Shown: piece by piece, positions 1 to 9,664 of the stretch
Position numbering within the stretch: position 1 is the stretch's first letter
How the letters are laid out: the number at the start of each line of letters is the position of its first letter
Assembly (NCBI GenBank): GCA_965214835.1
Contig: CBDCCK010000002.1
Location: forward strand, 1,376,001-1,440,000
Length of the DNA stretch: 64,000 bases
Reading direction: 5' to 3'
Source of the DNA: Nitrosopumilaceae archaeon
Lineage (GTDB): Archaea > Thermoproteota > Nitrososphaeria > Nitrososphaerales > Nitrosopumilaceae
Position numbers and translations under genes: made by a program
Notes under the pieces: model-generated
The model's input: the letters and a program-made list of their open reading frames with translations, nothing else
Database searches by the model: none
Told to the model about the DNA's origin: nothing

Positions 1-497
1 ACGTCAGAGTCGTCCCAGTCCCCCATCTTTACCCGAGTGAAGGATTTCCTCAGACTCCATTGAACCAGACGGTCGTTTTTGGATCGACGAGATAAACCAT
101 CCCACGAACCAGGAAATTACCATGATTAATCACAGATGATTAACCTCAAAACTTCATAATAATCATGTCTGAAGAAGGGGCCGAGACTATCAGAAAATAT
201 GACAGGAACCAAAAGCATGAAAAACAAAGCTGTAAACAGTCACAGGGAGTACGTAGGGTATAACATGGCAAAGTGGAAAAAGATGGGGTTTGGCAGGTGT
301 TACGTATGGTCCAAAAGCCTCAAAACACATCAGATTCGCGCCTCCCTTGGGGATGAGGAGAAAAAAGACGAAGGTCGGTGTCTATTTGATACTGAATTTT
401 CCAGGGCACTCATCTTGTGGGAGGCCTCTCCGGCGGGGAGCCTTCAAGCTTTTGTCTGCATTCCCTCATTGCCTCATCAAAGGCCCGTTCATGCCGG

Positions 498-686
498 TCA
501 ATGTCTGTAAGGTCCTTTTTTGAGACTCTTTCTACCGGATGTCAGCACGATCTTGTCGCCAAGGTCGTAGAACCGTATGTGCTCGCCTGATCTCAAACCT
601 AGGCTTTGTACCATCACGGACGGAAAGACCACAAAAAATGAAGAGTTGCCCTTGATGGAGTCTTCGCTCATGTATCTTTTCCATGC
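498..686 (-). CDS. Small AbrB/MazE/SpoVT-like DNA-binding protein (start uncertain)
   Basis: GNSSFFVVFPSVMVQSLGLRSGEHIRFYDLGDKIVL fits the swapped-hairpin pattern GxS..V.IP......LGL..G..V......D.I.L. Confidence 0.45.
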   Translation of the reverse strand, partial: AWKRYMSEDSIKGNSSFFVVFPSVMVQSLGLRSGEHIRFYDLGDKIVLTSGRKSLKKGPYRH

Positions 687-721
687 CATCCGCAAATGCC
701 GGAGATTCATAGGACTCTGGT

Positions 722-861
722 GCCAAAGGTGCCAAAAAATGGCGCCAAAGGTGCGTTTGGTACCTGTCACATAGGGGCCAAAGGTGCCAAAAAATGGCGC
801 CAAAGGTGCGTTTGGTACCTGTCACATAGGGGCCAAAGGTGCCAAAAAATGGCGCCAAAGG
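722..861. repeat. 55-bp tandem repeat, about 2.5 identical copies, with nested GCCAAA sub-motifs
   Basis: Units start at 722, 777 and 832 (gccaaaggtgccaaaaaatggcgccaaaggtgcgtttggtacctgtcacataggg). Confidence 0.95.
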
Positions 862-983
862 CCCCAATCTCTGAGGGCCAGTAACGGACTTTCGACTCGC
901 ATTAATACACAAAACACGAAAAACGAAACCAAAAACTCCTGGGCCCCCAGACGGGGGCCCTTGACCCCCCACAACCTTCTGGG

Positions 984-1100
984 ACGTGAGTCGTCCCAGT
1001 CCCTTATCTTTACCTGAATGAAAAATTCCCTCATACCCCATTGAACCAAACGACAGTCCACAGATCGACGAGATGAAATCATCTTCCTGGACTGAAATTA
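984..1100. repeat. Degenerate ~120-bp direct repeat of positions 1-120
   Basis: Both copies share gagtcgtcccagtccc..atctttacc...ccattgaacca...gatcgacgagat...gaaatta. Confidence 0.8.
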
Positions 1101-1231
1101 TTAGACCTTGTGCGTATTTGCCAAAAATGACGTAAAAGATGCCTTATTTTTTTGATCTGCACCAATTACACACAAGGTCTATTGGTGAAAGAATGGTTAA
1201 TTTACTGTTTTAGCCACAAAGCAATACAGGC

Positions 1232-2404
1232 ATGGTGTTCACAAAAGACATTTCCGATCTGACATTTTCAGACATCGAGTCGCTGCAGACCTACAAAATA
1301 GCAGAAAGTCACATGCTTGACTACAAGCAGCAACTCATTGATGACAAGAATCTGGTAAAGCATGTTGCGGCTTTTGCAAACACGGGTGGCGGATACATTG
1401 TATTTGGGATAAAGGAATCGGGTATGGGAGGGCATCCCGAATCAATTCCAGGCATTGATGCGTCTGAGATCAACAAGGAAAAAATGGAGCAAATCATACT
1501 TGGAAATATCTCGCCGCGAATACACGTAAGACTGAACGCAGTGGATCATAAAGAAGACGGAAAGCAGGTACTGGTTCTGCAAATACCAGACAGCCAATAC
1601 AAGCCACACTACAACAATAAAACTAACAAGTTTTACAAGAGGTTTGAGTTTGAGGCGGTCTGTATGATGGAGCAGGAGGTATCTGACGCATACAAGAGCC
1701 GATTTTACACAGCAGAGGAAGTTGAAGGATATCTGGCTAACATAAAGGATCCATTTGATAACGAAATGGGCATACTTGGTGAGATTATTGTAATCCCGTC
1801 TTTAACTGATAGGAGGATGATCGATACGGATGGCTACGAGAGATTCGAATGGCTACGCCCCCAGACTGTCAATCCGGAGCCCTCTGGTTGGAGTTATGCG
1901 CCGTCGTATAGCTTTGTGCCCGGATCCCCCAAACCATTCTCTGACGGCATAGAATGTAGTTCTGAAGCAGCTAAGACTAGGCTTATGCTACATAGGAATG
2001 GCTGTGTGCATTATTCTTTGGACTGTGGACAAAAATATGATGGTAGGATTTGGTTGCATGAGCGCTTGCTTGCTGTCAGAATGCTGCATACACTAAAATT
2101 CGCAGTATTGGCATTATCAAGATACAACTACTTTGGCGACGTAAGAATAAGAGTCAGACTGAGACTCAACTCTAAGCATGTCATGTCTATACGTAATTCT
2201 GAACTTCCCCCTGACGCGTTGGAAAAATTCAAGCAAGATAGAGGCATCCAAGTCAACCGGGAGCTTTCTACAGAGTATCTGGAGTCAAACCCCTCCAAGA
2301 TCACCGCCTCAATCATGAATGAGGTCTACAACAACTTTGGCGTATGGCGATGTCGGCTATTTGATGAAAATGGAGACATCAAGACGGATGCGTTTGATCG
2401 GTGA
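1232..2404 (+). CDS. Schlafen/AlbA_2 domain protein with uncharacterised C-terminal domain
   Basis: ESHMLDYK...VAAFANTGGGYIVFGI...PHY...FYKR are AlbA_2 hallmarks. Confidence 0.85.
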   Translation: MVFTKDISDLTFSDIESLQTYKIAESHMLDYKQQLIDDKNLVKHVAAFANTGGGYIVFGIKESGMGGHPESIPGIDASEINKEKMEQIILGNISPRIHVRLNAVDHKEDGKQVLVLQIPDSQYKPHYNNKTNKFYKRFEFEAVCMMEQEVSDAYKSRFYTAEEVEGYLANIKDPFDNEMGILGEIIVIPSLTDRRMIDTDGYERFEWLRPQTVNPEPSGWSYAPSYSFVPGSPKPFSDGIECSSEAAKTRLMLHRNGCVHYSLDCGQKYDGRIWLHERLLAVRMLHTLKFAVLALSRYNYFGDVRIRVRLRLNSKHVMSIRNSELPPDALEKFKQDRGIQVNRELSTEYLESNPSKITASIMNEVYNNFGVWRCRLFDENGDIKTDAFDR

Positions 2405-2570
2405 TGCATGAGGGAACCAAAATAATTTGATGTGGAAGGGATCTTCCCTTGAACCAATAGGCGTGAGCTTGCGTGCAACTGTGATTTTCGTGCCCAGACA
2501 GTTAGGTAGACGTGACCACATACTCGACCCACAATTGAAAGGCTATAAGGAACAAGGATTATCCAAATCC

Positions 2571-2738
2571 ATGGTCAAAGAGGTAATCGGCGGCAGGCCC
2601 GTGGATATCGAAAAGGAAGGCAGCGGGATCAAGATAGTCTTTCACCCCATTGCAAAGGGCGCCAAGCACCCTGATGCGGCAGTATTTTCGATAAAGCTAG
2701 GCAAGAAGGATATAGACACGCTCAAAAAACTGCTATAA
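2571..2738 (+). CDS. Small basic hypothetical protein (55 aa)
   Basis: MVKEVIGGRPVDIEKEG...; TATA-like ctataag about 28 nt upstream of the ATG. Confidence 0.6.
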   Translation: MVKEVIGGRPVDIEKEGSGIKIVFHPIAKGAKHPDAAVFSIKLGKKDIDTLKKLL

Positions 2739-2806
2739 ACATACTGCCAAAATCATAAAAGATACTGCAAAATAGGGTTTTTATACGTCCATTTTTTATA
2801 TAATTT

Positions 2807-3889
2807 ATGAGCGAATCTGAGGCAGGCTCGGTAAATTACAGTTTTGATGCCATTCGCGGAGTCCAGGCCAATCGCGTATACTATGTAGCAGTGTGCCCGA
2901 TGAAGACAATCCCGAAACTATTCATATTCAATGAACATGAGATTCCTGCAAAGATACGGGCCCAAAGGACGCTGCGAGAATCTAGGATTCCAGCCCTCAA
3001 GGACTATATTCTGAGCAATCCAGACGAGTACATCTTTTCATCGCTAACGGCATCAGTTGACGGAAACATGAAGTTCATTCCTGCACAGCATCTGGGTCCT
3101 GACGGCAAGATGGGCAAACTGCTCATTGACATGGAGTCGCGACTGCTCATAAACGACGGCCAGCACAGGCGCAAGGCAATAGAGGAGGCACTCAAAGAAA
3201 GGCCCGAGCTTGGAGGCGAGTCGATATCGGTGGTGTTCTTTGAGGACTCGGGGCTAAAACGCTCCCAGCAGATGTTTGCAGACCTGAACAAGAACGCAGT
3301 AAAGCCATCAAAATCACTTAACATTTTGTACGATAATCGTGATAAATATTCCCAGTTCGTTGTGGAAATGGCAGAGAGCCTGGAGATATTCCGAGACAGG
3401 GTTGAGCTTGAAAAAACCACCATAGGAAAACATGCCAAGGAGGTCTTTACACTTGGAGGGATATCCGATGCCACCAGGAAGCTCCTTGGCAAGGAATCAG
3501 TACGACGTCCCAGCAAGGAGCAAAAGGAGACAATCCTGGAATTTTGGAAGACTGTATCTGAGAATCTTCCAGAGTGGCAAATGCTGATCAAGGGCGACAT
3601 ATCCCCGGACGAGCTGAGGGCCAACTATGTCAACGCACACACGAACTGCATGAACTCGCTTGGAATGGCAGGAAAGGAGATAATCAAGCAGTATCCGGAC
3701 AGCTGGAAAAGAAGGCTCCGACCCCTGTCAAAAATCGACTGGTCACGCACAAACCCCATGTGGGACGGCAACCTCATACAAGGAAAAAAGATGGTTCGTA
3801 CGACCATCGGGATCGCGCTGGGAGCATGCGCCATACTTAGGGAATGCGGAGCTAAGATACCAAAGGCACTGGGGCAGTATGAGAAATGA
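2807..3889 (+). CDS. dndB: DNA sulfur modification protein DndB (DGQHR domain)
   Basis: RAQRTL, INDGQHRRKAI and QQMFADLN motifs; first gene of the dnd operon. Confidence 0.93.
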   Translation: MSESEAGSVNYSFDAIRGVQANRVYYVAVCPMKTIPKLFIFNEHEIPAKIRAQRTLRESRIPALKDYILSNPDEYIFSSLTASVDGNMKFIPAQHLGPDGKMGKLLIDMESRLLINDGQHRRKAIEEALKERPELGGESISVVFFEDSGLKRSQQMFADLNKNAVKPSKSLNILYDNRDKYSQFVVEMAESLEIFRDRVELEKTTIGKHAKEVFTLGGISDATRKLLGKESVRRPSKEQKETILEFWKTVSENLPEWQMLIKGDISPDELRANYVNAHTNCMNSLGMAGKEIIKQYPDSWKRRLRPLSKIDWSRTNPMWDGNLIQGKKMVRTTIGIALGACAILRECGAKIPKALGQYEK

Positions 3890-5310
3890 CTTCCGTGTTT
3901 GACTCAAAACCACTTGAGAAGATATACGAGGAGATTCGCACTGTATACCTCAACGATTCCCGCCCGTGGGTTTTGGGATTCAGTGGGGGAAAGGACTCGA
4001 CCTGCATGGTGCAGCTTGTCTGGGGGGCTCTATCCGCACTACCTGCAGAAAAACTGGATAAAAAGATCTATGTCGTATCCTCTGATACCCTAGTAGAGTC
4101 GCCACAGATCGTAGAGCGCATAACCACGTCGCTGGACAAGATGGAAAAGGCCGCAAAAAAGTCATCCATTCCGATATCGACCAACCTCCTGAGACCCCCC
4201 ATTACCGACACGTTCTGGGTCAGGATTCTCGGCCTCGGATACCCAGCGCCCACCTCAATGTTTAGGTGGTGTACCGACATGCTCAAGATTGCAAACGCCG
4301 ACCGCTTTATCAAAAACAAGGTATCCGAGTACGGCGAGGTCATAGTGCTGCTGGGAACCCGCAAAAGCGAGAGCTCTACCCGGCAGCAGAGCATGAACCT
4401 GCTGGAGATTGAAAACAGCGTTTTGAGCCACCACAAGAAATTTGCCCAGACGTACGTGTATACCCCCCTGGTGGACTTTGAGACCGACGACGTCTGGAAC
4501 TATCTGCTGCAAAACAGGAATCCATGGGGGGACAACAACAGGGATCTTCTGGCCCTGTACCAGGACGCCAACGCCTCAGAGTGCCCCCTCGTAGTGGATA
4601 CCAGCACGCCGTCGTGCGGCAGCGGCAGGTTTGGCTGCTGGACTTGCACCGTGGTGGACAAGCAAAAGTCGCTTGACAGCATGATTGAGAACGGTCAGGA
4701 ATGGATGGAGCCACTAGCCGAGCTGCGCCACGAGCTAAAGCTTACACAGAATCCCGAGACATGGCCCAAGGTACGCCAGATAACGCGCAGAAACGGCCGG
4801 GTGGATCTGAAAAACGACGGATCCGACTATACGCCGGGCCCATACACGCTTGACTTTAGAAAGGAGTATCTACAAAAGCTGCTCAAGGGCCAGGTCAAGA
4901 TACAGAAGCATGATCCTGACATGGTCCTGATTTCCGAAGAGGAGATACACGAGATACAGCGCATCTGGAGGATGGAAAACGGCGACTGGCAGAACACGGC
5001 ATACGGGATTTACCATGATATAACGGGAATCCAGCTGGAATCCGTCACTGACGACACGGGGGGATTTGGCCACGACGAGCAGGCACTGCTTGAGCAGGTC
5101 TGCACCAAGCACAAGGTCCCGTACAAGATCGTAAGCAGCCTGCTAAATGCCGAGGTAGAGCTGCAGACGGGCTCGACGCACTCCAAGATATTTGATAGAA
5201 TCAAAAAGGAGCTTGCAAAGGAGTGGAGGGAAGACATCGACGAGATAAGGGCAGAGCTGTTCGAGCACAGGGATGCGGAGGCAAGGGTGAGGCCAAATGC
5301 GTTTAACTAG
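3886..5310 (+). CDS. dndC: DNA phosphorothioation sulfurtransferase DndC (PAPS reductase family)
   Basis: PW..GFSGGKDST PP-loop, FRWCT, ECPLVVD..TPSCG..RFGCWTCTVV; ATGA overlap with dndB. Confidence 0.96.
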   Translation: MTSVFDSKPLEKIYEEIRTVYLNDSRPWVLGFSGGKDSTCMVQLVWGALSALPAEKLDKKIYVVSSDTLVESPQIVERITTSLDKMEKAAKKSSIPISTNLLRPPITDTFWVRILGLGYPAPTSMFRWCTDMLKIANADRFIKNKVSEYGEVIVLLGTRKSESSTRQQSMNLLEIENSVLSHHKKFAQTYVYTPLVDFETDDVWNYLLQNRNPWGDNNRDLLALYQDANASECPLVVDTSTPSCGSGRFGCWTCTVVDKQKSLDSMIENGQEWMEPLAELRHELKLTQNPETWPKVRQITRRNGRVDLKNDGSDYTPGPYTLDFRKEYLQKLLKGQVKIQKHDPDMVLISEEEIHEIQRIWRMENGDWQNTAYGIYHDITGIQLESVTDDTGGFGHDEQALLEQVCTKHKVPYKIVSSLLNAEVELQTGSTHSKIFDRIKKELAKEWREDIDEIRAELFEHRDAEARVRPNAFN

Positions 5311-7321
5311 GCTGATACTCGATGACGTTGGCGCCTACGGGGGGCACAACGAGTTCGAGTTTCCTACCACGTCTGACAGGCCCATTGTCCTGTATGGCGG
5401 GACCAACGGCGCCGGCAAGTCCACCCTCTTTGAGGCGATCCCCCTGTGCCTGTACGGACAGAGCAGCATGGATGAAAAGATGACAAAAAAACAGTATAAC
5501 CAGAAGATCAGACGGCTCTTTCACAGACACAAGCACAAAAAGACCCAGGCCGGGGAGGCCTCCGTATCGCTGGAGTTCGAATATGCGCAGAATGGAAGGA
5601 TCCTCCAGTACAAGATAACCCGAAACTGGCAGAACAATGACGGCCGTATTGACGAGTTTCTGGCCCTGTACAAGCAGTCTGATGCAGGCAAGGGATATGT
5701 CAGGGTGGATGCCGTGGGCGACTCCCAGATCCAGATGATGATAAACCAGATGATCCCCAGGGCGGTGGCAGGCATGTTCTTCTTTGACGGGGAAAGAATC
5801 AAGGACATTGCAGAGGAAGGCGACGAGCACCTTTACATAAAATCATCCTTTGACAGCCTGCTGGGACTTGACATATCCGACCGGCTCCGGGATGACATCG
5901 GCACGCACATACTGCGAAACTCGGGCGAGGAGGACAAGGAAGTACTTGCAAGGATCGAGGAGATGAACAGGGAGAAGGACGAGGCCGAAAGAAGGCTGGA
6001 GGAGATGCAACAAAAGCGCACATTTTTGAGCGACGATATCTCCAGCAAGAAAAAGGAACTAGATGGAAAAGAGGAGAAGTTCTTCAGGGCGGGCGGCAGC
6101 CGTGCAAAAGACCGGGAAAGGCTGGTAGACGAGAGAGATGAGATTTCCAAGTCCCTAAATTTTGTGGAATCCCAGATAAGAGACATGATCAAAAAAGACC
6201 TGCCGCTTGCAATAGTGCCAGATCAGCTAAGGCAGGTCAGGGAAAAGATCCAAGAGGACGAGGACAGCATCAAATCCAACCTTTCAGGCGATACGGTGAG
6301 GGCAGCCTATGACCACATGATAGGAGAGTTTGAGGCGCATCTGGACATGGACGACCCGGAGACCAAAAGGGCGCTGGTAAAGAAGCTCCGGGACATTGCA
6401 GATGCAAGGACAAGCTTGCTGTCTGACAAGAGACGCCTCACCTTTGACTTTTCACTGTCTGAGATGGCAGCGATGAGGCAAAGGATTGACAGGATACTGG
6501 ATCAGGATCACGAACGCTGGTCGGCACATCATGAGAGTCACAAGCACTATGCAGACCGGCTAGACAGGATATCTGCGCAGCTGGATGTTGCCCCACAGCA
6601 AGACGAGGTGGGCCCCCTGTATTCGAGTATAAAGGAGATCGCGCTGGAGATGGGGGAGATGGAGCAGGAATGCCATACGCTGGAGATGCTAGAGGTGCAG
6701 GAAAAATCCAAAATCGTCCTGCTAAACAGCAAGATACGAAAGCACCTTGCGGCAAAAAGATCCAACCATAGAAACCAGCTGGGACTGGAGTTGGCCCCGA
6801 GGATACAGGATGTCCTGGAGGAGTATTCTGCCAGGCTGCGGGCAAAGAAGATCACACTACTGGAATCCAACATACTGGAGGGGATCAAAAGATGCTTTCA
6901 CAAGTCAAGGCTCATCACTGCCGTCTCAATTGATCCCCAGACATACAGGATCACGCTATACAGCAGGGAGGACGAGATCTCCCGGGACACCCTGTCGCAG
7001 GGCGAGCTCCAGCTGTACGTGACTGCAATCGTGTGGGGACTGGCCAAGACGTCAGGACGCCCGCTGCCATTGATAGTGGACACGCCGCTTGCCAGGCTGG
7101 ATGTGGAGCACAGGGAGAACCTGATCCGCAACTTTTACCCAGAGGCATCACACCAGATAATCATATTTTCCACAAACACCGAGGTCGTGGACTCGTACTA
7201 TGAGATGATAAGGCCGCATGTCTCACAGGCCATGCTTATCCAGTATGATCCCGGGAGCGATACGAGCGTTGTAAGCGACGGATACTTTGGGAGCAAGGAG
7301 GGCAGCTATGTTGCAGTTTGA
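5297..7321 (+). CDS. dndD: DNA sulfur modification ATPase DndD (SMC/Rad50-like)
   Basis: Walker A GTNGAGKST, FFFDGE, coiled coil, LSQGE signature, IVDTPLARLD..HR. Confidence 0.95.
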   Translation: MRLTRLILDDVGAYGGHNEFEFPTTSDRPIVLYGGTNGAGKSTLFEAIPLCLYGQSSMDEKMTKKQYNQKIRRLFHRHKHKKTQAGEASVSLEFEYAQNGRILQYKITRNWQNNDGRIDEFLALYKQSDAGKGYVRVDAVGDSQIQMMINQMIPRAVAGMFFFDGERIKDIAEEGDEHLYIKSSFDSLLGLDISDRLRDDIGTHILRNSGEEDKEVLARIEEMNREKDEAERRLEEMQQKRTFLSDDISSKKKELDGKEEKFFRAGGSRAKDRERLVDERDEISKSLNFVESQIRDMIKKDLPLAIVPDQLRQVREKIQEDEDSIKSNLSGDTVRAAYDHMIGEFEAHLDMDDPETKRALVKKLRDIADARTSLLSDKRRLTFDFSLSEMAAMRQRIDRILDQDHERWSAHHESHKHYADRLDRISAQLDVAPQQDEVGPLYSSIKEIALEMGEMEQECHTLEMLEVQEKSKIVLLNSKIRKHLAAKRSNHRNQLGLELAPRIQDVLEEYSARLRAKKITLLESNILEGIKRCFHKSRLITAVSIDPQTYRITLYSREDEISRDTLSQGELQLYVTAIVWGLAKTSGRPLPLIVDTPLARLDVEHRENLIRNFYPEASHQIIIFSTNTEVVDSYYEMIRPHVSQAMLIQYDPGSDTSVVSDGYFGSKEGSYVAV

Positions 7322-7706
7322 GAACATCAAGGCAAGCTCACGCACGACCCATCTGTTTGGCATGCTCAGGTACAGCACTGCCGTGGAGCCTGAGGCCTGG
7401 GCCCGCCTGTCCCTGTGCCTGTCCATAAAGCAGAGGGGAATTCCCAATCCTGACGAATACAACAAAAAGGGCAGCGAGTTTGAACCGGCAAGGCTGTTTG
7501 CCGGAGATGAAAACATGTACCTTGCCCTCATGATCAACCGCCTAAACCAGGACGGGCTGGATCCGGATACGTATCTCGGAGAGATGACCAGGGCCCATCT
7601 CAACCGGGGGGCCATATCGCTAAAGCAGAGGATCGACGGCCTCTCTGACGTATACGGATTCGTCAGGGAGATGAATCCCGGCAAGTTCCGACTTGCGGAC
7701 GGATAA
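7308..7706 (+). CDS. dndE: DNA sulfur modification protein DndE
   Basis: ARLSLCLS...RAHLNRG pattern; size and position after dndD. Confidence 0.85.
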   Translation: MLQFENIKASSRTTHLFGMLRYSTAVEPEAWARLSLCLSIKQRGIPNPDEYNKKGSEFEPARLFAGDENMYLALMINRLNQDGLDPDTYLGEMTRAHLNRGAISLKQRIDGLSDVYGFVREMNPGKFRLADG

Positions 7707-7707
7707 A

Positions 7708-8886
7708 ATGCAGTCTTTCTCCGAGGCCAAGTCCGGTCAACCCGTCTATCTGGACTCGCATGCAACTACGCCGGTGGACCCGCGCGTCCTAGACGAGATG
7801 ATCCCGTATTTTACGCAGGTGTTTGGGAATGCATCAAGCCTGGATCACTCGTACGGCCATGACGCATCACAGATTGTCCAGGCATCTCGGGAGAAGATCG
7901 GCCGTGCAATTAACGCACACATGGATGAGATCATATTCACGTCAGGCGCCACGGAATCAGACAACCTTGCACTGTGCGGCGTCATGATAAAGAATGCGGA
8001 TCGCGGGAACCACCTGATCACGTGCGTTACAGAGCACAAGGCAGTCCTGGATACGGCGAGGCGTCTTGAAGCCGGAGGCATGGATGTGACATACCTGCCC
8101 GTTGACGAGTTTGGCATGGTTGATCCCAAGGCAGTAAATGACGCGATAACGGACAGGACAGTCCTGATTTCGGTGATGTTTGCAAACAATGAGGTTGGAA
8201 CGATTGCAGACATTGGCGAGATCGGCAAGATAGCGCACGACAATAACGTGCTGTTTCACACGGATGCGGCCCAGGCCGTCGGCCACATGGATATCGATGT
8301 GCAAAGACTCAACATTGATCTTATGTCGTTTTCCTCCCACAAGATTTACGGACCCAAGGGAGTTGGCGCACTCTATGCAAGGGGAGTCATGCCGCGCGTA
8401 AGGCTGGATTCGATAATGCACGGCGGTGGACAGGAGAGGGGCATCCGTTCCGGCACGCTAAACGTTCCCGGAATCGTGGGCTTTGCAAAGGCCCTGGAGA
8501 TCGCCAATAAAGAGATGGAGCAGGAAAACGACAGGTTCAGGAGCTGGACAAGTCAGATGAGGGACAGGTTTGCGGAGATTGGCGGGATTCAAAATGGGCA
8601 TCCCACGAATAGGCTGGCCCACAACCTCAATGTCAGGTTTGACGGAATCGATGGCAAGGCCATCATCAACTCTGTATCCAAGAAACTGGCCATCTCTGCA
8701 GGCTCTGCATGCACGACCCAGGCAGTGGAGCCCTCGCACGTCCTCTTGGCACTTGGATTAAGCGAGGAGCAGGCCCACGCCTCGATCCGAATCGGATGTG
8801 GACGGTTCAACACCCAGACTCAGATCGAGGAGGCCATCGATACGATTGATTCATCCGTACGTGCCCTTGCAAAGATTCGAGCCTGA
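7708..8886 (+). CDS. dndA: Cysteine desulfurase DndA (IscS-like)
   Basis: YLDSHATTP, SGATES, HTDAAQ, SSHKIYGPKG, SAGSAC; operonic with dndE. Confidence 0.9.
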   Translation: MQSFSEAKSGQPVYLDSHATTPVDPRVLDEMIPYFTQVFGNASSLDHSYGHDASQIVQASREKIGRAINAHMDEIIFTSGATESDNLALCGVMIKNADRGNHLITCVTEHKAVLDTARRLEAGGMDVTYLPVDEFGMVDPKAVNDAITDRTVLISVMFANNEVGTIADIGEIGKIAHDNNVLFHTDAAQAVGHMDIDVQRLNIDLMSFSSHKIYGPKGVGALYARGVMPRVRLDSIMHGGGQERGIRSGTLNVPGIVGFAKALEIANKEMEQENDRFRSWTSQMRDRFAEIGGIQNGHPTNRLAHNLNVRFDGIDGKAIINSVSKKLAISAGSACTTQAVEPSHVLLALGLSEEQAHASIRIGCGRFNTQTQIEEAIDTIDSSVRALAKIRA

Positions 8887-9664
8887 TATGAGAGTAAGTG
8901 ATATGGACAAGCGATATCTATACAGATTGACTGTGTGCTCTTTGGCCAAGCGGAACTGAACCTGCTTTTAGCTGTTCACAGTCACCATTCTTCATACTAA
9001 AAGATTATAAAAAAAGGCAGGCACCAATTGTAGGATGGCAACGGACAGCAGCAGATCCTTGTTCAGCAAGCAGATCAATGACATATGCGATCAGGTGGGG
9101 GTATCAAAACCGGACGCCTTTCCAAGATGGATATGCCAGAACATTCTTGGCATTGCTGATGATGAAAAGATTGACGAGGCAGTCTCAATTGGAGGTAAGA
9201 ACGATTACGGAATCGACATATTCCATGCAGAGGAAAGCGGCGACATTACAGAGCAGTACATATGCTGGGTTCAGGCAAAGTTCAGTGAAAACCTGGATCA
9301 TGTTGCCAGGCGGGAGGACATAGAATCGTTTGCAAGTACGCTTGGCCATTTGATGGATTGCCCCCATTCTGCCAATCTAACCTTCAAACAAAAGGCCGTT
9401 GAGTTTGCAAAAATGGTGAAAAAGTATCCCCACATGCGAAAAAAAATGATCTTCGCCGTTGCAGGACATCTAAACAGTCAAGCTCAGGAATTGCTTGGAA
9501 ATTCCAGGTGGAGAGAAGAAAAACTTGGAAATGAGCTGGATTCCAACATTGATCTTGAGATACTTGATTTGGATAAAATTCTCTCTCGTATGACGATTCC
9601 CCATACTCCGACAGTGACGATTAAGTTTGATGGCAATGTGATAGAGCGCATTGATGAGACAACT

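Noticed and set aside
722-861. Possible CRISPR array (also 45274-45426)
   Set aside because: Units are head-to-tail identical with no unique spacers, and there are no cas genes
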